Shown: positions 28,306-37,930 of the stretch, piece by piece
How positions within the stretch are numbered: position 1 is the first letter of the stretch
How the letters are laid out: the number at the start of each line of letters is the position of its first letter
IMG/VR virus record: IMGVR_UViG_3300002131_000090
Span: 32,001 to 96,000 of that record
Reading direction: 5' to 3' (one strand)
Length of the DNA stretch: 64,000 bases
DNA from: a virus
Translations under genes and position numbers: made by a program
Notes under the pieces: generated by a model
What the model was told of the DNA's origin: nothing
Database searches by the model: none
Seen by the model: the letters and a program-made list of their open reading frames with translations, nothing else

Positions 28306-28334
28306 ACTATACTATACATTTTTACAGTTGTCAA
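28306..28334 (-). promoter_or_regulatory. Sigma70-type promoter, leaderless configuration
   Basis: Minus strand TTGACA-17-TATAGT, then 5 nt, then ATG 28300. Confidence 0.75.
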
Positions 28335-28355
28335 GTTTTTAAATAATTATTTGTA

Positions 28356-28928
28356 TCAAAGGATTACTGCAACTAAATGAATTCTATCTTCTTTACTAGC
28401 ATTAAATGCAGTATGAAGTAATACTGTATTTGTCCAATACCAGTTATTTAATTCTAAATATTTTATTTCATTTTCAATAACCATAAAACACCCGTCTTGA
28501 GTCTTAACAGGGTAATGAATTCTGGTTGAATCATCTCTATGCCAGGACAAGCAAGTTTTTGATTTAGATTTCATCAAACGCACTCGACCTAATTTGTACT
28601 TATTACACAATTGCGTATATACATCTTCAAAAAGAGTATTTTTAAACTGAGAACACAATATTGAAAAGTCTTGTTCGGTATATTTTACTTTATATTCTGG
28701 TATTTCAAAAGACTCATTTCCGTATTCATCTGTTATTGTTTTTGAATTATTCCAATCTAACACTAAACTGCCGGTGCCTAGTAAATAGTTGTCAGGATTT
28801 TGTTCTGTAGTATTAATACAAATCTGATTTTCTTTAGTCCATTCTATTGTTTTATTTTCGATAAGTTTGTTGAGTTCGGAATATAAATCGTATATTGGTA
28901 AATTATCTAAATTTTTAAAATTGTTCAT
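28356..28928 (-). CDS. Asp/Asn beta-hydroxylase-like 2OG-Fe(II) oxygenase
   Basis: RVRLM...SWHRD..RIHYP...HTAFN...DRIHLV. Confidence 0.75.
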   Translation of the reverse strand: MNNFKNLDNLPIYDLYSELNKLIENKTIEWTKENQICINTTEQNPDNYLLGTGSLVLDWNNSKTITDEYGNESFEIPEYKVKYTEQDFSILCSQFKNTLFEDVYTQLCNKYKLGRVRLMKSKSKTCLSWHRDDSTRIHYPVKTQDGCFMVIENEIKYLELNNWYWTNTVLLHTAFNASKEDRIHLVAVIL

Positions 28929-28993
28929 CTAACATGTTCTCCGTTAATTTTTTAAATTTTTATTTTTTTATTCTATATAGTTTAGCTATCAAA

Positions 28994-29767
28994 TTACTTT
29001 AAATAATGAGTAATGCAAAGTCTGTTTACATATCCTCGTTTAAATTTATTATACTTCTTGTTATGATCTAATCCAAAAATTACTGTATCACTAGGAATTA
29101 TGCCTAATTCATTGCATATTTCTATTTGCTTTTGTCTATATTTTTTAAATGTATCATCTGGACCTAATGTATTAATCAGATCATAGTGTATTTTAGCACT
29201 GGATAATAGTTGATAATCCCATTCTTTGTACACTGAAACAGGGTATGTGTCTACAGTATAAATTTTACCTACACGATAATATCCAGTACCAAATGTTTTA
29301 CTTAAACTAAATGCAACAGTATGAATATTTTTATAAAGAGTAAAATCAAAATTGACGTTGGAGCAAATACCAAAGAATGCACAATCAACAAATATAGGTT
29401 TATTAAATGTATCAGCATACGCTAATTTTTCGTGAGCACTCATTCCATCAGCACTAAACGGATGGCTTACTATAATACAATCTGCTGCTTTAAGATTTTT
29501 TGTTAGTCGTTTTTTAGGTAATACTACTTCGTGATACGGATATTCGCCTTCAAAAATGCCTATTTTATTATAGATTGCATAAGTTTGATTAAAAGCATCT
29601 GTTATTCCCGAAACTATGTAGCTATCTTTTGGAAGTCCTTGTACTTTAAAATTAGACTTAAATATCCAATTATCAAAGTCTTGAGAAAAATTATGAAAAG
29701 ATTCCATATCATCTTTAAATTTAGCAATAGGTAATGCAGCTTTTGTTATTAGATCTAAATTATACAT
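28994..29767 (-). CDS. PLP-dependent enzyme (fold-type I, short)
   Basis: VDCAF (PLP Asp) and FSLSKTFG..YRVG (PLP Lys); paralogous to 37927-38856. Confidence 0.7.
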   Translation of the reverse strand: MYNLDLITKAALPIAKFKDDMESFHNFSQDFDNWIFKSNFKVQGLPKDSYIVSGITDAFNQTYAIYNKIGIFEGEYPYHEVVLPKKRLTKNLKAADCIIVSHPFSADGMSAHEKLAYADTFNKPIFVDCAFFGICSNVNFDFTLYKNIHTVAFSLSKTFGTGYYRVGKIYTVDTYPVSVYKEWDYQLLSSAKIHYDLINTLGPDDTFKKYRQKQIEICNELGIIPSDTVIFGLDHNKKYNKFKRGYVNRLCITHYLK

Positions 29768-30785
29768 AGCTATCTGGGCCTCCCTTACGTTTTAAATCTA
29801 GTGTTACACAATGTAACCCGCTATCCCAAAAATATTTATGTCTAAAATTAAACGGAATTCCTTCAATGCCATTTGCTTTAAGCTGCGCATATACGTCTGC
29901 ATCATATCCATTGGTAATAACTGTGTGTTCATCAAGACTGATAACATTAATATCAAATACAGTTTCGTCTACGTAACCAATCCAATGCTGTAACCATTCT
30001 TGTACTGTACTTTTATAAAAATGTTGGCTTTTTATTTTGTGAAAATACTCAGGTAATTCTTTTGTTTTAGCTTGAATGACGGTCCACTTTTTCATTGCCT
30101 TAGGAATATGTTTTTTGTTATAGCACATGACTACACCAGGTTTAAGTAATGCTAGTTTACCATCAGCATGTCCTACTGCTGGAATTTCAACCCAATGAAC
30201 ATCTCTATCAATGTTACGTTTAACCCAATCTAATCCAGCCTTTGTTCCTTTGCCCCAAGTTGTATCATCGTTGTATGGTCTTGTATGTAATAAAGTATCG
30301 CCTGCTTTAAGAACACATGCAGCATGGAACATTATTTGACCTTCCATTTTTTTATATTTTCGATAGTAGGAGTTTAGCAAGGGCTTAGGCATATTGATAT
30401 AGTTTCTTCCCTCTGCATATTTTTTAAGCATAATATCTAAGAAGTAATCGTGTTCTGTATAACGATTACAGTCGCCGCCGGCAGTGCCTAATATAGTATT
30501 GCCATAAACAATGTGAAAGTCACGTGGGCAAATAGCAGGATAAGGATAAGCTGACTGCCAGGTTCTGTGCTGTTCTGCTATTAGAGGAAAATCTCGAGGC
30601 CTATGCACTTTAACATCTGCACTTTTAAACAAATTAGATAATTTTTGGAAATCTTCTTCTGTTTCTTCTAATATTTTACCTAATCCATCAACAAATTCTT
30701 GATCGTCAAATTGTTTTAAAACATCTATATTATATGCTTTACCTACAATAACTTCTTCTAGTTTATCCCATTCTGTATAAATCAT
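29760..30785 (-). CDS. Amidinotransferase (glycine/inosamine-phosphate amidinotransferase family)
   Basis: TEWDKLEEVIVG, CPRD, GHADG, C-terminal GLHCVTLD. Confidence 0.85.
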   Translation of the reverse strand: MIYTEWDKLEEVIVGKAYNIDVLKQFDDQEFVDGLGKILEETEEDFQKLSNLFKSADVKVHRPRDFPLIAEQHRTWQSAYPYPAICPRDFHIVYGNTILGTAGGDCNRYTEHDYFLDIMLKKYAEGRNYINMPKPLLNSYYRKYKKMEGQIMFHAACVLKAGDTLLHTRPYNDDTTWGKGTKAGLDWVKRNIDRDVHWVEIPAVGHADGKLALLKPGVVMCYNKKHIPKAMKKWTVIQAKTKELPEYFHKIKSQHFYKSTVQEWLQHWIGYVDETVFDINVISLDEHTVITNGYDADVYAQLKANGIEGIPFNFRHKYFWDSGLHCVTLDLKRKGGPDSYV

Positions 30786-30871
30786 TTATGTTCCTATAAT
30801 TAAATTTATAATAATTGTTAGGCTAATTATTATAATAATTTGTATTTTTTTTAAATAAGTTTTATTGCAGG

Positions 30872-30922
30872 TTTACGTTTTGTTATTTTACTATCAAAAC
30901 TGCTTACACAACTTTTAGTAAT
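30872..30922 (-). pseudogene. Orphan 3'-end remnant of the radical SAM gene at 32352-33464 (repeat B copy 2)
   Basis: Reads ITKSCVSSFDSKITKRK versus ITDSCVSSADSKIPKRK at 32358-32408 (14/17 aa, 38/51 nt); runs on to a TAA at 30851. Confidence 0.85.
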
Positions 30923-30936
30923 ATATAAAAATACCT

Positions 30937-32352
30937 TTATTCTAAATTTTTTGCTACATAGTTTTCTATAAACTGTTTTGTTTTATCTAACAATAATTCA
31001 TCCTTAAAATCTTTTTCGCGGAGTTCTAATAAATCTTTCATATTACAACGTAGTGTTGTACTAAATTCTCCCAGTTGAAATCCTGCAATTTTTCTATATT
31101 TGTAGGATCTATTATTATTATCTTTTGCTATCTTCATTAATTTAGTATGTACTAAGTCACCATTTGTCCAGTTAACAAAGTTATCATCAGTAAACTTGTA
31201 TCCGTATTTTTCATAGTTTTTTTCAAATTCACTTACCCATTGGTGTTTATTAATAACATTAATAGGATTTATATAAAGAGCCCAGTAATACCAACAACTC
31301 ATATCGTTGTCTATCATCCATTGTAAATCTATTTCTTCTTGTTCACCGGACCATCCCGGAAGTCCAACAATCATACCCATCCACCAGTTAGTTTTTCCTT
31401 TCCATCGGGTTTTTAACTCTAATAGAAATTCTTTAGCATACTGGCCGTTCCAACCTTTTCCTATTGCTTTTGAACCTTGTGCTTGAAAACTTTCAATACC
31501 AAAGAATGCGCTGCGTAAACCCGATTCGGGTAGTAAATCTATCATTTCTGGGTATGTTGCTAACAGATCAATTCTTATATAAGCAATGTACTCTAATTCA
31601 AAAGGTAACGATTTGCTAATACGATAAATCATTTGTACTTTATCCAAACTTTCATTAAGTGTATCATCACTAAAGTAATACTTTTTAATACCAAATCTTT
31701 CATAGTTTTGTATTAGTTCAGTTCTTATATCATTTTCACTTCGAATATTAGTTCCTTTTTTACGACCAGTTAACGGAAATTGACAAAACTTACATTTAAA
31801 AATACACCCTCTACTTATTTCAATACTTAGTGTTTCATAGGGTTGAATATAGTCGTCATTGCTATATACTTTTACAAAGTTTTGTATATCAAATTTTGGT
31901 CTTATTTCAATTTGCCTTGACAAACTATCAAGCATTGCTAATGTTTCGTCTTCGGCAAACTGATGTATACGTATCCAATCATTATCCATTATAGGAGACG
32001 TTGAATTTGATCCACCAAGAATCCATTTTATATTAGGATGAGTATTTCTAAAAACATCTCTTAAATGCTGTACCCACTTCGGATATACAATGCCGCCGAC
32101 TGTTACACTATTTAACTCAATTCCGGTTACTTCCCAAAAGGTAGTACTTACTCCAAAAGCAAGAGTGGTGTTATCGATATGTTTTTTAGCAATCTCTTCT
32201 ATTATATGAGGTTGTAGTTTAAAACAAAAGTCTATTACTTTTACAGTGTACCCAAACGTTCTTAGCCAAGAAGCAAGTTGATATTGGCCACCACTACGCA
32301 CAGCGTAATGCTCCGGTTCTTCCATTCCGGCAAAAATAATAAAATTTGTCAT
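30937..32352 (-). CDS. B12-binding-type radical SAM enzyme (inserted cassette)
   Basis: RSGGQYQLASWLR..GYTVKVIDF; IEISRGCIFKCKFC; DDT; GIES; IVGLPG. Confidence 0.88.
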   Translation of the reverse strand: MTNFIIFAGMEEPEHYAVRSGGQYQLASWLRTFGYTVKVIDFCFKLQPHIIEEIAKKHIDNTTLAFGVSTTFWEVTGIELNSVTVGGIVYPKWVQHLRDVFRNTHPNIKWILGGSNSTSPIMDNDWIRIHQFAEDETLAMLDSLSRQIEIRPKFDIQNFVKVYSNDDYIQPYETLSIEISRGCIFKCKFCQFPLTGRKKGTNIRSENDIRTELIQNYERFGIKKYYFSDDTLNESLDKVQMIYRISKSLPFELEYIAYIRIDLLATYPEMIDLLPESGLRSAFFGIESFQAQGSKAIGKGWNGQYAKEFLLELKTRWKGKTNWWMGMIVGLPGWSGEQEEIDLQWMIDNDMSCWYYWALYINPINVINKHQWVSEFEKNYEKYGYKFTDDNFVNWTNGDLVHTKLMKIAKDNNNRSYKYRKIAGFQLGEFSTTLRCNMKDLLELREKDFKDELLLDKTKQFIENYVAKNLE

Positions 32353-33464
32353 TAAACTTTCCTTTTAGGTATTTTACTGTCTGCACTACTTACACAGCTA
32401 TCAGTTATACAAGGCATTGGTTTGTTAAATAGCGTAAAGCCTGTTTCGATATTACCAAGTGGAACATCGTGACAACTATAACTACGCTTTACGCTGCCGT
32501 CGGGTTCGCGTATGATAATACCTTGATACCCAGCATTACAATGCCATCCTTTAAACTTGTTAAAGTTAAAAGCGTTAAATCGTTCTGCTTGATCCATATA
32601 GTATTTATTACCGTTAGAATCCGCCATTTCAATTTGCATATGCCACGGCACACTAGAATCGTTCTTTTCGTTAATTTCTGTAGGTACTTGAAAATTAGGT
32701 GTAGGACGCTCCGCCCACTTACGCTTGCTTTCTGTGTACGCACGTTGCGGCATACCGTTGTGTAAACGCTTTAGGTTGTCGTCGGTGTAGCCATCTACCA
32801 CTCGACTAGCTGTAGGGTCGCTTTGAGGCTTCAGCGTGACGTTTATACCTTGCTCGTGAAAGAACAATGCATTGTCCCAATCCTTCTCAAACCACTCTGG
32901 TACCATAACCATGTTGATAGTTACTTGTACATCATGCTCTTGACAGAAAATTAACTTGTCTGCAAAATCCTGCATCTTCTCTGGTGTGCTAAGATGTTCA
33001 GTGTGCAAACTTGCTGTAATACTTGCACGGTGAAATGGCGTTACTGCTTCTACGTACTGCTCAAACCACGCCATATTGCGTGAGCAGTTTGATGTCATAT
33101 GAACACTAGTGTAATTAGTATTACCAACATCATTAGCAAGATGTTTGAGAATGTCCAAGTAACCAGGGTGAAAAGTAGGCTCGCCTCCACTAAGACTAAA
33201 ATGAAAGCTATTAAAACCGTTGTCACGTGCCTGCCTTTTTATTTCGTCAATTGTTGTAAGACATAGCTCTGTTGGTCTATGGTCTTTTCGATCAGATCTA
33301 GCGTACGGCCAACAGTAACTACATTTATAGTTACAGAAACGGCCCAATAGCCAACTAACAGTAAAAAGATCGCGGTAAAGAAGAGTCCTTTGCCCGACAC
33401 TAACAATGTCGTCAAACGGGATTTTTGTAAAATCATAATTACTCCATTTTAAATCTTCAGTCAT
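32352..33464 (-). CDS. Radical SAM enzyme with a C-terminal SPASM/twitch-like domain
   Basis: CNYKCSYC, GGEP, C-terminal CNAG...C...C...C. Confidence 0.9.
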   Translation of the reverse strand: MTEDLKWSNYDFTKIPFDDIVSVGQRTLLYRDLFTVSWLLGRFCNYKCSYCWPYARSDRKDHRPTELCLTTIDEIKRQARDNGFNSFHFSLSGGEPTFHPGYLDILKHLANDVGNTNYTSVHMTSNCSRNMAWFEQYVEAVTPFHRASITASLHTEHLSTPEKMQDFADKLIFCQEHDVQVTINMVMVPEWFEKDWDNALFFHEQGINVTLKPQSDPTASRVVDGYTDDNLKRLHNGMPQRAYTESKRKWAERPTPNFQVPTEINEKNDSSVPWHMQIEMADSNGNKYYMDQAERFNAFNFNKFKGWHCNAGYQGIIIREPDGSVKRSYSCHDVPLGNIETGFTLFNKPMPCITDSCVSSADSKIPKRKV

Positions 33465-33469
33465 AGTTT

Positions 33470-33498
33470 ATTATATTACATTCGAGCTGTTATGTCAA
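33470..33498 (-). promoter_or_regulatory. Sigma70-type promoter, leaderless configuration
   Basis: Minus strand TTGACA-17-TATAAT, then 5 nt, then ATG 33464. Confidence 0.85.
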
Positions 33499-33535
33499 GT
33501 TTATTTAATAAATAACTTTAGAACAGGGGTTCCGT

Positions 33536-34516
33536 ATGGATATTGATGAAATAATTGAACTATGTATATTGTATCAAAAAACAAATCATGGTGGAAGGAC
33601 AAGTAGTTATGACAAATGCAGAAGAGATCTAAAACATATTTTAGAAGCTGTTCAAAAAGACATACAGCACAACTCGACTGATTTTATTACAGGAATTGCA
33701 AATTATTTTTGGCAAAATCAAAAACGTATGGTGTTGCGTTATAAAGTCGAACTTGACATTTACCGTTACATGTTAACGTTGCTAAAATCAAAATTTACGG
33801 CAGCAGATTTTAAAAAAGCAGATGCTAGTATTGGTGTACTTTGCGAAATCGTAGAGCACGGCCCGAGGTTAAAATCAAAACAGCTACATACAAGACTCCA
33901 AGATGCTGCAAATCATGCTAATATTTGTCAACGAAACTGGGACTATTCAATAGAAATTCCAGAGAACGACATTAGTGCATTAGTTAATGTTGCTAAACAT
34001 ATGCCAACAAAACAAAACTTAGAATGTTATCAGTTAGTTGTTTCTAACAATAGAGAGTTTAATAAATATTTTTATGAACTATCGTACGACGGAATTAATG
34101 ATAATAATAAATGGCGTAATGGCCAAGTTAATGCACCGTTACTTTTTTTGTGGGTTTGGCCTAATGGAACATGGGAAAGAACTCATGAGATACAAAAAGA
34201 TTTTAATACTGCATGTGGCATTTCATCAGGTGCAGTAGCATTGTCTGCTAACATGTTAGGATATCGTACTGGATTTTGTAGATGTTTTCAAGGCGAAACT
34301 ATAACTAAAGAAATGAATAAATTACTCAATATTAATTCAGACGGAGTATTTCTTGCACTTGGAATCGGATATCCTAATACGAAATACCAAAGTAACGAAG
34401 TTGTTTACTACGAAGGAATATCTTATCTAGGTAGACCTAAACAAGTTAAAAAAGATAAAGGTATTGTAACAACTATTGCACGAGAAGTTAAAGATATAAA
34501 AGTATACAGAGTCTAA
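33536..34516 (+). CDS. Nitroreductase-like protein with an N-terminal helical domain
   Basis: CQRNWD, MPTKQN, NAPLL, ANMLGYRTGFC, LGIGYP motifs. Confidence 0.7.
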   Translation: MDIDEIIELCILYQKTNHGGRTSSYDKCRRDLKHILEAVQKDIQHNSTDFITGIANYFWQNQKRMVLRYKVELDIYRYMLTLLKSKFTAADFKKADASIGVLCEIVEHGPRLKSKQLHTRLQDAANHANICQRNWDYSIEIPENDISALVNVAKHMPTKQNLECYQLVVSNNREFNKYFYELSYDGINDNNKWRNGQVNAPLLFLWVWPNGTWERTHEIQKDFNTACGISSGAVALSANMLGYRTGFCRCFQGETITKEMNKLLNINSDGVFLALGIGYPNTKYQSNEVVYYEGISYLGRPKQVKKDKGIVTTIAREVKDIKVYRV

Positions 34517-35667
34517 ATTTTAAATTCTTCTACAATATCAAACAGACTTTCATCTCTACTTTTATCTAATGCATCAGTATAATCTAAAAATTTATTGTAT
34601 TTGTTACTCCAGTCTTCTGAAAACATATAATCAATAATGCCTTGTACTCTATCTAAATATACATAGGGCTGCAAACGTTGTTGTGCAAGTGTTTTTAAGT
34701 GTTCGGGCAAAACTTTAATATTAAGCTCGTCGGGATGATTTAAAATATTAAAATAAATTTTGTGTCCATATGGTATAGCCCAATCAATAAATTTATAAAG
34801 ATGCAATATATTATACATCTGTACTGTACAGTGTATTTCAATATTAGCATTTTCTAAAGTTCTAATTGTTTCAAAGTTTTCAACAATCTTGTTCCAGTTG
34901 CTAGGGTGTCTTATATATCTATCTAATGCACCAGTTGCGTCAATTGAACAGTTCAACTGGATTTGTTTAAACTTCTTCCATTTTTCTAAAAGATGTTTTG
35001 GAACATTTGTTAAGTTGGTGTTGTATTTTAGTTTGATATTACGAGCAGTTCCGTTTTCAATAAAGTAGTCTAACAGTCTATGCTGTTCTTTAATGATAGT
35101 AGGTTCGCCGCCTGTTAAATATATTTCTTCAACAGTGTTTGCAATACTAAACAAATTCTCCCAAGTTTTTTCAAGCTCGGGCCAATCCATACTACTTAAT
35201 CTTTTGTACTCACTTTCACTTAGCGCATCGTTAATTAAGTTCCATTCTTTAACCCACATGTTACTTGCATATGGATTACACATGCGACATTTTAGATTAC
35301 ACAAGTTTCCTAAGCGTAAGTCAACATATTTTATATCAAACGTTGCATCTGTTGTATACGTTTTATCTTCTTCCCACTTGTTGTTCCATGCTTGTCTTGC
35401 ACTTTTAATACCAACATCTTCTTCTTGAAAGCAGCGTTGACACATTTCAGGACGTTCGTTTGAAAGCATCTGTTTACGAATAGTAGTATAAACTTCACTG
35501 TTCCATGCATCTTCTAAATTATCTTTGTATAACTTATATGGAACGCCGGCGGTGTTGGTTATAAAGTTTTTTCCTGGAGTCGAGTTGCAACATACTCTTA
35601 AATTGCCACTAGCATTAGTTGCAAGATGCATCCAAGGTAAGACACAGAATGTTTTAGAAGTTGACAT
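34513..35667 (-). CDS. Radical SAM enzyme with an N-terminal twitch-like Cys domain
   Basis: FCVLPW..VCC..CQRC, then CNLKCRMC, GGEP; probable ATG 35667. Confidence 0.9.
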   Translation of the reverse strand: MSTSKTFCVLPWMHLATNASGNLRVCCNSTPGKNFITNTAGVPYKLYKDNLEDAWNSEVYTTIRKQMLSNERPEMCQRCFQEEDVGIKSARQAWNNKWEEDKTYTTDATFDIKYVDLRLGNLCNLKCRMCNPYASNMWVKEWNLINDALSESEYKRLSSMDWPELEKTWENLFSIANTVEEIYLTGGEPTIIKEQHRLLDYFIENGTARNIKLKYNTNLTNVPKHLLEKWKKFKQIQLNCSIDATGALDRYIRHPSNWNKIVENFETIRTLENANIEIHCTVQMYNILHLYKFIDWAIPYGHKIYFNILNHPDELNIKVLPEHLKTLAQQRLQPYVYLDRVQGIIDYMFSEDWSNKYNKFLDYTDALDKSRDESLFDIVEEFKI

Positions 35668-36727
35668 ATTGTTGTTTCCTAAGTGTATCACGCAACTGCG
35701 TTTGTTTTTTAAATGTAGCGTTTAGTTTATCGTCGTATTTATTTTCAAGTTCTAAAATGTCTTTTAGATATTCATTTAAGTTTGGATATTTATTATACTT
35801 ATTTTTTATTTTATCTCTATATTCGAGACGGTGTACCCACGGATGTAAATGAGTCGGTTCTTCGACAAATATTAGACTTATTTCCATTCCGCGATTTAGA
35901 AAATATTCTAGCGTTTCAGGAATATAAAACACATTATATGCACTTACAGTTACAAAAATCTTTAATTCAATGTCGCGTTCTAATATTAATTTGTTAAATC
36001 TATTCTCAAAGTTTTTCCATTTACCAGGCCAACGAATATATTCGTACAAGTCGCCTATTGCATCACAACTGATATATAATGTTTTCTTTTTAAATCTGTT
36101 AAGCACTTCTAACTTATCATCACTTATTAATAATGCATTAGTTATAAAAGAAATCTCTATATTTTCTGGGTTATGTAGTGATTTTAAAAATTTCATTATA
36201 TTAGGATTGGCAAACGGTTCTCCACCGGTAAATTTTAGATATTTTAAATTTTCTAATTTGCTAATTTTATCAAATGCAATGGTGACCCAGTCTTCATTGT
36301 AATGTTGGTTAGCAGTCCATAGGTCAGTGTCAGTCCATTCTAGTGCATTTTTTAAAACTTCTTGTTTTAATACAGAACTACTATGCGGTTCGCACATTCT
36401 GCAACCGAGATTACACAAATTACCTAATTTTAAATCAATACTTACAAGCTCGTACGGTTGTTTGTACATTTTTAAAGATTGTTCTCTAAGACTTTCAATA
36501 CCAACGGCTTCTTTTTTCCAGCATATATTACACTCTTTTGGTTTTTTATTATCCAGTAGTTGTGATTTTATATATGTTATTTTATCTGCCTTGGTTTGCC
36601 AACTATCTTGCCAGGAGACTGTTTTTTCATTTTGTTCCCACTTGAATTCGCAACACGGACGATAGTATCCATCCGTTGTACTTGCTGCTTGAGTCCAAGG
36701 TAGAGGACAAAAGGTTTTAGATTCCAT
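35654..36727 (-). CDS. Radical SAM enzyme with an N-terminal twitch-like Cys domain
   Basis: FCPLPW..PCC..CNIC; CNLGCRMC; GGEP. Confidence 0.9.
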   Translation of the reverse strand: MESKTFCPLPWTQAASTTDGYYRPCCEFKWEQNEKTVSWQDSWQTKADKITYIKSQLLDNKKPKECNICWKKEAVGIESLREQSLKMYKQPYELVSIDLKLGNLCNLGCRMCEPHSSSVLKQEVLKNALEWTDTDLWTANQHYNEDWVTIAFDKISKLENLKYLKFTGGEPFANPNIMKFLKSLHNPENIEISFITNALLISDDKLEVLNRFKKKTLYISCDAIGDLYEYIRWPGKWKNFENRFNKLILERDIELKIFVTVSAYNVFYIPETLEYFLNRGMEISLIFVEEPTHLHPWVHRLEYRDKIKNKYNKYPNLNEYLKDILELENKYDDKLNATFKKQTQLRDTLRKQQYVNF

Positions 36728-37163
36728 TTACAATTGTTTCGTAATAGTGCTGTGGCCAACTTTTATAATAATCAGTTGTGTGAAGATACTTGCGTTTTTC
36801 TAATATGTCACTTTTAGATTGTATAAAAATACAATTAGTAAAGTTCTGGGTAAAGAATCCAGAATCAGGAGAACTTATAAAATATAAAAGATTAGTATCT
36901 TTTTTATTATACTCTTCTATTATTTCTTTACAATTTGCAATATTGATATTTTCTCCTAACCAACAAATTCCAATATCGTATCTATTGCTATCAAACATAT
37001 TTAAATTGTCGTTGACTAATACGCTAGCATTAATAAACTGTATTTTATCAGTTAGTCTGGCACGTTTGGCATAAGGACACACAGGAAATCCATCATTCCT
37101 TACAGGTTCAATTTCTTCTTGTATCCACAATACAAACTTTATTTTAAATTCTTCAAATGTCAT
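36717..37163 (-). CDS. Hypothetical protein (CPYA motif, DUF1415-like)
   Basis: VCPYAKRA near the N-terminus; coupled to its neighbours. Confidence 0.55.
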   Translation of the reverse strand: MTFEEFKIKFVLWIQEEIEPVRNDGFPVCPYAKRARLTDKIQFINASVLVNDNLNMFDSNRYDIGICWLGENINIANCKEIIEEYNKKDTNLLYFISSPDSGFFTQNFTNCIFIQSKSDILEKRKYLHTTDYYKSWPQHYYETIVNGI

Positions 37164-37930
37164 TTATGCTCTTTATAAAATTGTATATTAATTGCGTTCT
37201 TCATCCAAGTATAATTATCGCCGGTAAGATTGCAACTAGCATGTATTTGGCAAGAATCAAATACAATTAAGGATCTAATTTTTTGCTCAATAATAATTTC
37301 TTCACTAAATCCTTTAAAGTTGTTTTTAGTTATTTGTGGGTACTTAGTTTCAGTCCACTGATTAAGATCTAGGTTGTCGTCTGTTGGAGTTCCGTTTATG
37401 TCAATCAATCCGTTGTAAGATCTTAGAATTTCGTACATCGAACTTTCGTCTCCGGACAAATAATCTTTATCAAATATTACACTGTAACCAATTCGTCTTT
37501 GATTCATAAACGCAGTACATGCCTGAGAACCTTTTGTTAGAAATAAAGGAATAATAACACTTTTATAAGGTATTAAATTTTCTGTCCATTCATTATTAAC
37601 TTCTTCATCTTGTGAAATTAAATCAACATGAGCGTCATGTAGTTGACTTGTTATAAAATAGTTTCCAGTATGCTGTTCGGCAAAATCGCCTAATAGCTCT
37701 CTGAACCTTACAGATATCTCGGGCAAATCTTTCATCATTTTAGTTATAGATACCACAGGTTGAATATTAGACGAGCTTGGTTGCATCTTTACTCTTTTAG
37801 CGTTCTGAAATTGATACAATCTTAAAGTATCAATTTCTTCAATTGTAAAAAAGTTATCAATTGATTGTGCTTTTGAAAAACGATTAACTATATCATTGTT
37901 ATAGTGTTTGCAGCAATCTATATATTTCAT
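37160..37930 (-). CDS. 2OG-Fe(II) oxygenase-like protein
   Basis: HDAHVD...FDSCQIHAS...K.AINIQF. Confidence 0.55.
   Translation of the reverse strand: MKYIDCCKHYNNDIVNRFSKAQSIDNFFTIEEIDTLRLYQFQNAKRVKMQPSSSNIQPVVSITKMMKDLPEISVRFRELLGDFAEQHTGNYFITSQLHDAHVDLISQDEEVNNEWTENLIPYKSVIIPLFLTKGSQACTAFMNQRRIGYSVIFDKDYLSGDESSMYEILRSYNGLIDINGTPTDDNLDLNQWTETKYPQITKNNFKGFSEEIIIEQKIRSLIVFDSCQIHASCNLTGDNYTWMKNAINIQFYKEHK

Noticed and set aside
30806-30835. Inverted repeat TTATAATAATT/AATTATTATAA upstream of the amidinotransferase
   Set aside because: The arms are entirely A/T in a very AT-rich gap and could easily arise by chance; no function can be supported.
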